Shown here piece by piece: positions 36,509 through 45,582 of a DNA stretch of 64,000 nucleotides (the stretch's first letter is position 1; the number at the start of each line of letters is the position of its first letter). This DNA is from Candidatus Poribacteria bacterium (GTDB lineage: Bacteria; Poribacteria; WGA-4E; WGA-3G). The notes under the pieces are model-generated. The model saw nothing but the letters and a program-made list of their open reading frames with translations. It was not told where the DNA came from and ran no database searches. The stretch lies in NCBI GenBank assembly GCA_028824125.1, contig JAPPES010000080.1, positions 580 to 64,579 on the forward strand, given 5' to 3'. The translations under genes and the position numbers were made by a program.

Positions 36509-38371
36509 ATGCCATCATTTAAACAGCTTACACAGAATTTAACAGATACCTCGCAGCCGATAGCGACTCGTAGGGCAGCGGTTATAGAGATTGGCAATAT
36601 AGGTGGCGCGCAAGCTTTACCCTTTCTGCTAAAAGCATTGTCCGATGTTGCCCCCGGCGTGCGTCGTGAAGCAGCTAACGCGCTACAGAAATGCAATTTT
36701 CCGGAAGCGACATCTGCAATTGTTGATGCTTTAAAGGATGAAGATAGCGATTTAACCCGCTGGACACTCATTGAGGCACTTGGAAGCATCGGAACTACAG
36801 ATGCACTTCCTGCGCTGGAATCACTCTTAAGCACAGAAGTGTCACCGTTAACCCGCAAGGAAGTACAGAAGAGCATTGACCTTATTACCGCCAGATATCC
36901 AGGGACTGACGCTATTGAAACAACATCCGAAAATAGAGAACCTTTTACCACTTCTACGGATACGTCAGATTTAAGTGAATTGCCCTCTTTGGAAGCGGAG
37001 CAACTGGAGTTGAGCCAAGCGACTCCCAGCGAAGACTATCCTGACGATTTGTCCCCGGATTCTGATGAAGTAATTATCATTGAAGATACATCGGACTCCT
37101 CGGCGAGCAGTGAAGAAAATATCCTCCCTCATGATGATACTGAAACACAGATAATCGATTTAACAATCGAAGAAGATCTACAGAGTGATGAAACAACCCA
37201 TCAAGAATCTGCTGGCTTCGTAGCATCTTCAGAAACCGAAGTAAAAGATGGTCCAGATCGCCGCGAAGATTCAGAGGCGAGAATAGAGACGCGTCAGCGG
37301 CATGGCTCTACACCTGCGCTACCGGTACTTGTTCCCAATACTTCTGTTGTCATTTATGAACCAGAGGAACGAAAGTTTAAGCCGAGTGTTTTCGCTATAA
37401 TGCTGCGCCCAAGTTCATATCTCTCGAAGCAATGGGTCTCCCGTACGCGGCTCTACCTTGTACTGTTCTGTTTACTGGCTGCTGCGACAATTGCCCTTGT
37501 CTATTCACAGGTACAACGCCGGCCTCGATCCCCTTACCCTCTCAGCCCTGAGATGGCTTTTGTGGATACCCCTCAACAATATCTTGATGCGGGAAATTTC
37601 TTTATCCAACAAGCAGACTACCGCAGCGCGATTGAAATGTATGAACTTATTCGCGGAATTGATTCGATAGACCTTGTTTTATATAAGAATCTGGGGTTTG
37701 CACATTTTCAGGAGAACCAATACGCCCTTGCTGTGGAGGCTTATGAGTTTTATCTGCAAGCACAGAAAAATGAATCGTATCAACCCTTTGTTGCGGAAGC
37801 ATCATATCCATCTTATAGCGGTATTAACGATAAAAACAATTATAAAACTTATAACATTCTGGGTACAGCGTACAAACGGCTTGGGCATCTTGACAAAGCA
37901 CGACTTGCGTATGAAGCTGCCATAAATATTGCTCCTAACGAGGCGGAAGCTTACAATAATCTCGCGCAACTCTATTCAGATGGGTATCAACAGAAACATC
38001 TCTTGACCGAAGCATTGGCATACACCGCAGTTAGACTTAATTCGGATGTTGCTCCTTACCATGATACATTGGGTTGGGTTCTCAGCAAGAGTGGACAATT
38101 AAACAAGGCTACAGACGTTTTACAACAAGCGACTCGCCTACAAAGCGATTATGTTCCAGCGCACTACCATTTGGCAGAAATAGCCCAAAAATCTAAGTAT
38201 CCAGATAAAGTTACAAAAGTCGTTCAAAATGCACTTACAAAAAAGATGCGCCGCACCAGGAAACCACGTCCAGGTATCGTAGGAGTCTTATCTCATATTT
38301 ATGAGACAGACTCTCAGAAAATTCCTCGTTTTTGTACTTCATTCCTATATCTACGTGGGATAAAAAAATAA
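36509..38371 (+). CDS. HEAT-repeat / acidic linker / TM / TPR-repeat protein
   Basis: 620 aa. N-terminal PBS-lyase-type HEAT repeats (RRAAVIEIGNIGGAQALPFLLKALSDVAPGVRREAANAL). A D/E/S/T-rich linker, one TM (LYLVLFCLLAAATIALVY), then C-terminal TPRs (NILGTAYKRLGHLDKARLAYEAAINIAPNEAEAYNNLAQLY). Confidence 0.7.
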   Translation: MPSFKQLTQNLTDTSQPIATRRAAVIEIGNIGGAQALPFLLKALSDVAPGVRREAANALQKCNFPEATSAIVDALKDEDSDLTRWTLIEALGSIGTTDALPALESLLSTEVSPLTRKEVQKSIDLITARYPGTDAIETTSENREPFTTSTDTSDLSELPSLEAEQLELSQATPSEDYPDDLSPDSDEVIIIEDTSDSSASSEENILPHDDTETQIIDLTIEEDLQSDETTHQESAGFVASSETEVKDGPDRREDSEARIETRQRHGSTPALPVLVPNTSVVIYEPEERKFKPSVFAIMLRPSSYLSKQWVSRTRLYLVLFCLLAAATIALVYSQVQRRPRSPYPLSPEMAFVDTPQQYLDAGNFFIQQADYRSAIEMYELIRGIDSIDLVLYKNLGFAHFQENQYALAVEAYEFYLQAQKNESYQPFVAEASYPSYSGINDKNNYKTYNILGTAYKRLGHLDKARLAYEAAINIAPNEAEAYNNLAQLYSDGYQQKHLLTEALAYTAVRLNSDVAPYHDTLGWVLSKSGQLNKATDVLQQATRLQSDYVPAHYHLAEIAQKSKYPDKVTKVVQNALTKKMRRTRKPRPGIVGVLSHIYETDSQKIPRFCTSFLYLRGIKK

Positions 38372-38482
38372 TACCATTTCTGATAATATATCTCTCTTAT
38401 GTAGCACAAACTGTCAGTTTGTGCCTTCCAACACCACAATTCATGAAATTCAGTGATGAGAAATTATTTAGAAATGGTATAA
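38367..38482. mobile_element. MITE family 5 copy with central P palindrome (GTAGCACAAACTGTCAGTTTGTGCC at 38401-38425)
   Basis: aataataccatttctgataatat...gtagcacaaactgtcagtttgtgcc...ttagaaatggtataa. It lies between two convergent genes. Confidence 0.6.
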
Positions 38483-38526
38483 CCAAACTGCTTTGTGTGC
38501 TAATTCTCCCATTTTTAGTCCTAAAC

Positions 38527-41500
38527 TTATCGAATGACAGAAATCTTGCCAACTTGTCGCCCCGTTTCAGTTTCTAATACGTAGATATAAACACCACTGC
38601 TGACCCCATCTAACGACCAGACTTTTCTGCACCTATCCCTTGCAATCCCATCTTCAGGAGAAACGAAGGACGCGACGTGGTTGCCCGAAACATCGTAAAT
38701 ATAAATTTGGCTTGATGCAGGTAATCTATCAAATGTAACCTGATTGCCACGCGCTGGATTTGGATAGACGATCATTCCCGAGTGAGAGTTCTTTGGAAAT
38801 TCTACCACTAATGTGCTCTCATTTTCAGGAATATCAGCTCCATATATGTCAGAAAGTTGGAATGTTTCAATCTCATAATAGTTTTCTTCATTAAAAACGT
38901 TAGTGGAAAACGTTAACACGACCCTTTTGCGTGATCTATCAAAAATAGCGGATCGAGGTACGTAGTATTTCGTGTTACTAAGTTCCGTTTCACCGTCGTT
39001 CTGTGTCTTTTGTCGGTGCAGTCGATAACGCGAAGGATTTGCTGCGGTAGTATCCATCGGTTTGTCAAATGTTAATAGAATTTGTTGTGGTGGAGAATAG
39101 ACGGCTGAAATCATTTGCGGGGGGACGGTCGGAATGACAGAGACTGAATCAGATTGACTTGAAACTTCGCTGCTTTCACTTTTTGAGACATTACCGTCAG
39201 AATTCTTAAAAATGGTCAACACGTTTTCAGTATTAAACAGTAATTCATTGGTCCCATCGTTATCAATATCTGCAACAATCGGATTGAAAGTAGCAGTTGC
39301 AGAATGATGCCAAATAGGACGGTAGGATACTCCATCGTATTGCACAAGGTAGAAATTTGGAGAAGCGGCAATACACAATTCGTTTTTACCATCATTGTTA
39401 GCGTCCGCAACCGTTATTCCGCTTTCTTCATCACGTAACTGCCGAATTCGTTGATGCCATACGGCATGATAGGAATTGTTGCCGTTTGATGTAAAAATAG
39501 TAAAAAGCCAATGTTGGCGAGGCAGATCAAATTCCGTTGACCAGACTTTTGCACCGACAGCGAATTCTGGAATGGTATCACCATCTAAATCCCCTGCGGC
39601 AAAAAGATGTGGTATTCCATCGGAAAGAGTGCTTATCCATGTTTGTCTATATTGGTTATTTCCCACATTTTCATATATAAACAGCTCTCCATCACTGTCT
39701 CCAACTAAAATTTCTATCTGTTCATCTGCGTCAAAGTCACCTATAGCGAATCTGGTATCGATTCCGTTTTTTCCTTGCGTAGGGTTTTCAAGTATAGCAA
39801 TGTTGCTATAGCTATTATTTTCGTTTGATTCGTAAATCCAGATAGAATTAGTATCGTCATGACGTGAAATAATTTCAGGGGTTCCATCTAAATCCATATC
39901 TGCAATCGTTCCACCCCAAATGCCTTCCATTTTCCAGATATGCTGAGAGGGGAATTGTCCGTGTGCGGGCTGTTCAAGTAAAAAAGTAAATGTTGATTCC
40001 TTTGTTGATGCATTACATAAAAGTTCTATGAGTCCATCACCATCAGTATCTGCGGTTGCCCAGAGTCGTGAAATAGATTCGTCGAGTGAAGAGATCATCA
40101 TGAGATTTCCGTAGTTGTCTGTCTCAAATATATGCGCGGCAGTTGTGGCAGCTTCGACTCCAATTAGTTCTAATTTTCCGTTTCCATTTATATCTTTCGG
40201 TGTAACAATTGGATGTAACCCGAGCTGTGCAGATGCTGTTTGGCGTAGATGGAATGATTGAATCAGGTCATTGCGCACTGTAATCGGATATAATTGTCCG
40301 TCATTATCATCAATCTGGACAAGACCAGCCCGATTTTGTGCCATCAGACGATACAAATACTCACCTGACGGTAGCCCTAACCCGGAAAGATAAACGACAT
40401 GCTGAAAATGCACTGAATCTGAATGCGCGACTCGCAGCGGAGCATTATTCAATATGAGTGTTCGATCTTCTGTTTTTGGAAAGATTTCGACTGCTCCCGT
40501 GGTTAGCACGTCTGTCTGCCAAATAATAGTAGAATCGTAGAGATTTCCTGATAGCCATATCCCTGCTTCATGTTTGGAAATTCGGGGTAGCGTCCGACGA
40601 ATTTCAACAACTACTTTGTCTCTGATAGTTTTTCCATCTCTATCTTTAACACTGAGCCGCAACGTGTAAATGCCTTCCGCCAATGCTGAGGTGTCCCACT
40701 CGTGGAGAACGGTGTTATACTTCGGTTCTGTTTGAGAGAATCCTATAGGAAACCAAAGATTGGGGGTTTCAGAGATACCGTATTCAAGCCGGTATTGTGT
40801 AAATCCTTTGCCACCAGCACTGCCAAAAATTTCAATCGTGCTGCTTTTCTCTGATACTTCAGTTTGCAGACGGGGTGTGACAGCAATATGCGCGGTGAGT
40901 CCGATATGTTCAGTCAATGCTGCATAAGCATCAACAAGACCAGCTCCAACCAGATGTGTTATAGACAGTTCCCTTGCTGTTCCAGTCAACCACTGCTGAA
41001 TTTCTGTGTTGCTACACGATGGATTCGCAGAAATCAACAACGCTGCGACACCAGAGATATGGGCAGCAGCCATTGATGTGCCAGATCGGTTTTTATATCC
41101 GTACCCTGGAGAAGATGGATCAGTGTTGAGACCTATGCTCAAAATTTCTTCGCCAGGTGCAGCAATATCTATTGACGCACCGAAATTGGAGTTCCCCAAT
41201 TGGAGATTTTTATCCAGTGAGGCAACAGATAGCACAGTATTTAATGCCGCGGGATAATACGCTCCCGGTTCTGGTGAATTTCCTGCTGCAGCTATCAGAA
41301 TACATCCACGATTGTAGGCGTATTCCACTGCATCTTGAATTAGGAATGCGTTTACTGTGTCTCCAAGGCTCAGATTGATAACGTCGGCACCGTTATCAGC
41401 GGCATAAACAATAGCTGCAGCCACATCGTCATTTTGTAGGAACGCACCTGCACCTATCCGAAATCCTGCTCGCAACGGCATGAGACGGCATCCCCAAGCA

Positions 41501-42267
41501 ACCCCAGCAATACCGATCCCGTTGTTCGCTTCAGCGGCGATAATGCCTGAAACATGTGTGCCGTGTCCTGTTTCATCACCAGGCTCGTTGTCACGCTCTG
41601 TCGAATCACCGATGCCTGGCAGCGTGGGTGCATCGCTAAAATCCCATCCGTTTATATCGTCAACGTAGCCGTTTTTATCGTCATCAACTCCGTTATCAGG
41701 AATTTCACCAGTATTCTGCCAAAGTTGATTACGAAACTCAGGATGTTCCCTCATAATACCGCTATCCACAACTGCTACGATGACAGACGGTTTTCCTTGC
41801 TCAACGTTCCACGCTTTTGGTAAATTCATCGCCTTTAGATTCCACTGATCACTGTATCGTGGGTCGTTGGGGGTCGTCTCAGCAAAGAACCGACTGAGGC
41901 GGTTCAATTCAACGTTTTCAATTGAAGCATGTTCGGCATACCTTCGCTTCAACTGCTCTAACTGCGAAGTGATAGGAAAACGAACGAGATAGGTACGACT
42001 GAGCAATGGGTGTTGTCCGGCTGATGTGATCGGTGAGAAAACAGGTAAGACGAATTCTGCTCCCAATTTTTTGCTGAATGCGTTAAGTTGTGCAAAAGTG
42101 CCGTTTGAACGCAAACGGACAATGAGTTCTCCTGGTGTGTTTGTCATCTTGGTGAGACTGTGTGAATGTGAAAAGGATTGAATTTGTTCTGAAGCCTCAG
42201 TCGTGACACTACCCAGCGAAGATATTAGGAGTACGAAAAGATAAAAATAGATACGATAATTTCTCAT
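38527..42267 (-). CDS. Secreted S8 (subtilisin-like) peptidase with FG-GAP/VCBS-type repeats and a type-A T9SS C-terminal sorting domain
   Basis: 1246 aa with a signal peptide. S8 catalytic triad contexts: VAVVDSGI (Asp), HGTHVSGIIAA (His), GTSMAAAHISGVAALL (Ser). Repeated D-x-D-G-D-G / DxNxDG FG-GAP-like calcium loops follow (DTDGDGLIEL, DMDLDGTPEI, DFDADEQIEI, DLDGDTIPEF, DANNDGKNEL, DIDNDGTNEL). The C-terminal 80 aa, MIVYPNPARGNQVTF...IYIYDVSGNHV...GVYIYVLETETGRQVGKISVIR, is a typical Por/T9SS sorting domain. Confidence 0.85.
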   Translation of the reverse strand: MRNYRIYFYLFVLLISSLGSVTTEASEQIQSFSHSHSLTKMTNTPGELIVRLRSNGTFAQLNAFSKKLGAEFVLPVFSPITSAGQHPLLSRTYLVRFPITSQLEQLKRRYAEHASIENVELNRLSRFFAETTPNDPRYSDQWNLKAMNLPKAWNVEQGKPSVIVAVVDSGIMREHPEFRNQLWQNTGEIPDNGVDDDKNGYVDDINGWDFSDAPTLPGIGDSTERDNEPGDETGHGTHVSGIIAAEANNGIGIAGVAWGCRLMPLRAGFRIGAGAFLQNDDVAAAIVYAADNGADVINLSLGDTVNAFLIQDAVEYAYNRGCILIAAAGNSPEPGAYYPAALNTVLSVASLDKNLQLGNSNFGASIDIAAPGEEILSIGLNTDPSSPGYGYKNRSGTSMAAAHISGVAALLISANPSCSNTEIQQWLTGTARELSITHLVGAGLVDAYAALTEHIGLTAHIAVTPRLQTEVSEKSSTIEIFGSAGGKGFTQYRLEYGISETPNLWFPIGFSQTEPKYNTVLHEWDTSALAEGIYTLRLSVKDRDGKTIRDKVVVEIRRTLPRISKHEAGIWLSGNLYDSTIIWQTDVLTTGAVEIFPKTEDRTLILNNAPLRVAHSDSVHFQHVVYLSGLGLPSGEYLYRLMAQNRAGLVQIDDNDGQLYPITVRNDLIQSFHLRQTASAQLGLHPIVTPKDINGNGKLELIGVEAATTAAHIFETDNYGNLMMISSLDESISRLWATADTDGDGLIELLCNASTKESTFTFLLEQPAHGQFPSQHIWKMEGIWGGTIADMDLDGTPEIISRHDDTNSIWIYESNENNSYSNIAILENPTQGKNGIDTRFAIGDFDADEQIEILVGDSDGELFIYENVGNNQYRQTWISTLSDGIPHLFAAGDLDGDTIPEFAVGAKVWSTEFDLPRQHWLFTIFTSNGNNSYHAVWHQRIRQLRDEESGITVADANNDGKNELCIAASPNFYLVQYDGVSYRPIWHHSATATFNPIVADIDNDGTNELLFNTENVLTIFKNSDGNVSKSESSEVSSQSDSVSVIPTVPPQMISAVYSPPQQILLTFDKPMDTTAANPSRYRLHRQKTQNDGETELSNTKYYVPRSAIFDRSRKRVVLTFSTNVFNEENYYEIETFQLSDIYGADIPENESTLVVEFPKNSHSGMIVYPNPARGNQVTFDRLPASSQIYIYDVSGNHVASFVSPEDGIARDRCRKVWSLDGVSSGVYIYVLETETGRQVGKISVIR

Positions 42268-42334
42268 TAATTAGACGCAACCTTCCGTTTTGAATTTTTG
42301 TTGTAAACCAATTGTTTTTTCTTCAGAAAAGTAA

Positions 42335-42452
42335 AATTTATAGTAAAATCCGAAAATATGTTCACATTTCAATGAACAACAATCCCACACCATCATGCTG
42401 GCGAGGTTTCCTAACCTCGCCAATGTCCAGATAATTGTGGATTTCACTATAA
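42335..42452. mobile_element. MITE family 3 copy
   Basis: tttatagtaaaatccgaaaatatgttcacatttcaatgaacaacaatcccacacc...ctggcgaggtttcctaacctcgcc...aattgtggatttcactataa. Confidence 0.7.
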
Positions 42453-42579
42453 TCTTGAATAGTTATAAATGCGTTGATACAACCAATAGAATTGCAATTT
42501 CGCATATAATCTGTTATAGTTAATTGTATTGAATCCGCGTAGGAAAAACAACATTATCGTTGTGCTGAGGAGTAACACA

Positions 42580-44217
42580 ATGAAAGCATCAGAATTAGTT
42601 GTGAAATGTTTAGAGAATGAGGACGTTGACTATATTTTTGGGTTACCGGGTGAAGAAAACATGGATATGTTAGATGCATTATTAGAATCTAATATCCAAT
42701 TTATTCAAACACGCGATGAACGGGGCGCCGCATTTATGGCAGATGTGTACGGGCGGTTAACAGGTAGGGCCGGGGTGTGTCTTGCTACGCTTGGTCCTGG
42801 TGCGATGAACCTTGTCACTGGCGTTGCTGACGCAAATATGGATAGAGCTCCGCTCGTTGCTATCACAGGGCAAGCGAGTTTAGACAGAATGCACAAAGAA
42901 TCGCATCAATATATGGATGTGGTTTCCGTCTTCAAACCGATGACAAAATGGAATACACTTGTGCATCTACCTGAAATTATTCCGGAATCTATCAGCAAAG
43001 CCTTCAAGACAGCAGTAGGTGAAAAACCTGGCGCAACACACATTGATTTACCAGAAGACGTGGCAAAGATGCAAATTGATGCCGAACCGATGCGGCACGA
43101 TTTTCCCAGTGAAGCGGAACCTGTTGTATCTTGTCTGCAACGCGCGGCACAACTGATTAACGATGCCAAACAACCGATTATCCTTGCGGGCAATGGTGTT
43201 GTTCGCCAAAACGCTTCTCGGATTTTAACACAATTTGCGGAGATGACAAATATCCCTGTAGCACACACCTTTATGGGCAAAGGGAGTATTCCGTGGACGC
43301 ATCGGCTTTCGCTCCTCAGCGTTGGACTTCAAGCAAACGATTTCGTCTCTTGCGGGTTCGACCGAGCAGACCTCGTTATCGCTATCGGTTACGATATTGT
43401 TGAATACCATCCGCGCTTGTGGAATCCTAATAGAGACAAAAAACTAATCCACATTGACACAGAACCGAGTGAAAGTGATGCATCCTATGTCACGGATGTA
43501 GAAATGGTGGGGAACATTAGACAGAGTCTCAGACATTTAATGGCACAAGAAATTTTTCCCAAAGATGCGGAGTATGCTTCAAATACCTTACGAAAGATTA
43601 TCCTCGATCAACTTTCTGAGCATCGTGATGACAAGGAATTTCCGATAAAACCACAAAAAATCCTAAGCGATATCCGTTCCGTACTTGCCGAAGACGATAT
43701 ACTTATCTCTGATGTTGGGGCACATAAAATGTGGATTGCCCGTATGTATCCGTGTTATCAACCGAATACATGCATCATCTCAAACGGGTTTGCCTCTATG
43801 GGCATTGCGGTTCCAGGGGCTTTTGTAGCAAAACTGATCTATCCAGAACGGAAATGTCTCGCTGTTTGCGGTGATGGCGGATTCCTAATGAACTCACAGG
43901 AGCTCGAAACCGCTACAAGAGTCGGTGTGCCGTTTGTTACACTTATTTTCAATGACGAAGCGTATGGTCTGATTGAATGGAAACAGATGAACGGTTTTGG
44001 CAGACCCGCACATATTGATTTCACGAATCCTGATTTTGTGAAATACGCTGAAGCGTTTGGTGCTAAAGGATATCGAGTTGAAGGTAGTGATGAACTTGTG
44101 CCAATACTGAAAGATGCATTCAGTCAGAATGTTCCTTCGGTTATTGATTGTCCTGTGAATTATGCCGAGAATCTACGGTTAACAAATGAACTTGGTCAGT
44201 TGACATGTCCAATATGA
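42580..44217 (+). CDS. Thiamine-pyrophosphate enzyme of the acetolactate synthase (AlsS/IlvB-like) family
   Basis: MKASELVVKCLENEDVDYIFGLPGEENMDMLDAL... is the N-terminal Pyr domain. ...GDGGFLMNSQELETA... is the TPP GDG motif. 545 aa from ATG 42580, which has a GAGGAG RBS. The track start at 42529 adds 17 aa. Confidence 0.8.
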   Translation: MKASELVVKCLENEDVDYIFGLPGEENMDMLDALLESNIQFIQTRDERGAAFMADVYGRLTGRAGVCLATLGPGAMNLVTGVADANMDRAPLVAITGQASLDRMHKESHQYMDVVSVFKPMTKWNTLVHLPEIIPESISKAFKTAVGEKPGATHIDLPEDVAKMQIDAEPMRHDFPSEAEPVVSCLQRAAQLINDAKQPIILAGNGVVRQNASRILTQFAEMTNIPVAHTFMGKGSIPWTHRLSLLSVGLQANDFVSCGFDRADLVIAIGYDIVEYHPRLWNPNRDKKLIHIDTEPSESDASYVTDVEMVGNIRQSLRHLMAQEIFPKDAEYASNTLRKIILDQLSEHRDDKEFPIKPQKILSDIRSVLAEDDILISDVGAHKMWIARMYPCYQPNTCIISNGFASMGIAVPGAFVAKLIYPERKCLAVCGDGGFLMNSQELETATRVGVPFVTLIFNDEAYGLIEWKQMNGFGRPAHIDFTNPDFVKYAEAFGAKGYRVEGSDELVPILKDAFSQNVPSVIDCPVNYAENLRLTNELGQLTCPI

Positions 44218-44262
44218 TCATAGCAAAGACGTCAATTTTACGAAAACGGTAGGCGCGTTTTG

Positions 44263-44375
44263 ATGAAGATTAATTTATTAATTCGGTAATTTGGAGAAAG
44301 GTCCAGTGCGGTTAGGAAACCGCACCTACCGGGTTTGGGAAGAATTAGAATTACCGAAATATTTATTTAATCTTC
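44263..44375. mobile_element. MITE family 2 copy inserted in the centre of a GGCGCGTTT...AAACGCGCC palindrome
   Basis: Left flank aggcgcgttt(tga), right flank (tgt)aaacgcgccga. An intact paralogous palindrome agcgcgtttacaaaacgcgcct lies at 44415-44436. Core hairpin gtgcggtt-aggaa-accgcac. Confidence 0.7.
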
Positions 44376-44533
44376 ATGTAAACGCGCCGAGTCCAAACTT
44401 CATACACTATAAACAGCGCGTTTACAAAACGCGCCTACCAGGGGTGGAAAACTGCTAATCGACGGCTATAGGTTTAGCGTTGCTCTACCCGACCTACGGA
44501 TTACTTTTTTACAAGGAGGAGATTTTACTTAAA

Positions 44534-45574
44534 ATGGCAGTTTCAACAATTGAATGGGCAGACGGTCGGATAAAATTAATAGATCAAACATTGCTGCCCA
44601 ATGAATTTAAACAGATTTATTGTGATGACCTTCCATCAATTTGGGAGGCGATTAAATCCTTGCGTGTGCGAGGTGCACCTGCGATCGGTATTGCGGGGGC
44701 ATTAGGCGCAGTGCTCGGCATTTGGGATTCTACTGCAAAAACGTACGAGGCATTTGCAGCTGAGCTCAAGTCGGCAACCGATTATCTTGCAACATCACGG
44801 CCAACGGCCGTTAATCTCTTTTGGGCACTTGATAGAATGACGAGAACTTCGGAAGAGAATAAGCACCTTTCTGTTCCCGAACTCAAAGAGGTATTGCTTG
44901 CTGAAGCACAAGAGATCATTGAAGAGGATAAAGCGATGTGTCGTGCTATTGGACAACACGGCATGGCGTTGCTCAATGAAAACGATACGATTTTGACGCA
45001 TTGCAACGCTGGCGGATTAGCTACGTCTGATTATGGGACAGCATTAGCCGTAATGTTCAGCGCACACGAAGCTGGTAAAAATATTCAGGTTTTTGCTGAT
45101 GAAACTCGCCCGTTGTTGCAAGGCGCACGTCTCACTACGTGGGAACTAATGCAAGCAGGCATTGACGTAACGCTTATCTGTGATAATATGGCAGCGCAAG
45201 TCATGAAAGAGGGCAAAATTCAGTGCGTTATTGTCGGTGCAGATCGGATCGCTGCAAACGGGGACACTGCAAACAAGATCGGTACCTATAATGTTGCTAT
45301 CCTTGCACAAGCACACGAAATCCCCTTTTATGTCGCAGCCCCGACATCAACGTTAGACTTTGCGCTGGAAACCGGTGCAGAGATTCCGATTGAACAACGT
45401 TCAGCAGAAGAGGTGACAGAAGGGTTCGGCAAACTTACAGCACCTAAAGGCGTGAAGGTCTATAGCCCCGCTTTTGACGTTACGCCTGCATCATTAGTTA
45501 CCGCAATTATTACCGAAAAAGGCGTTGCACATCCGCCTTATACGGAAAGTTTGAAGGCATTACGCGACGCATAA
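44534..45574 (+). CDS. mtnA: Methylthioribose-1-phosphate isomerase (eIF-2B alpha/beta/delta family)
   Basis: MAVSTIEWADGRIKLIDQTLLP...LRVRGAPAIGIAGALGAV...GADRIAANGDTANKIGTY... is collinear with MtnA. 346 aa from ATG 44534. Confidence 0.85.
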   Translation: MAVSTIEWADGRIKLIDQTLLPNEFKQIYCDDLPSIWEAIKSLRVRGAPAIGIAGALGAVLGIWDSTAKTYEAFAAELKSATDYLATSRPTAVNLFWALDRMTRTSEENKHLSVPELKEVLLAEAQEIIEEDKAMCRAIGQHGMALLNENDTILTHCNAGGLATSDYGTALAVMFSAHEAGKNIQVFADETRPLLQGARLTTWELMQAGIDVTLICDNMAAQVMKEGKIQCVIVGADRIAANGDTANKIGTYNVAILAQAHEIPFYVAAPTSTLDFALETGAEIPIEQRSAEEVTEGFGKLTAPKGVKVYSPAFDVTPASLVTAIITEKGVAHPPYTESLKALRDA

Positions 45575-45582
45575 ATCAGGCG

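Noticed and set aside
36409-36951. 180-aa minus-strand ORF
   Set aside because: Antisense to the well-supported HEAT/TPR gene 36509..38371. Ser/Ala-rich and low complexity.
39216-41823. Multiple 60-110-aa ORFs on either strand inside the S8 peptidase gene (for example 39476..39811, 41006..41257, 41554..41823)
   Set aside because: They are embedded in or antisense to a 1246-aa gene that has a continuous catalytic triad, repeats and a T9SS CTD. They have no independent support.
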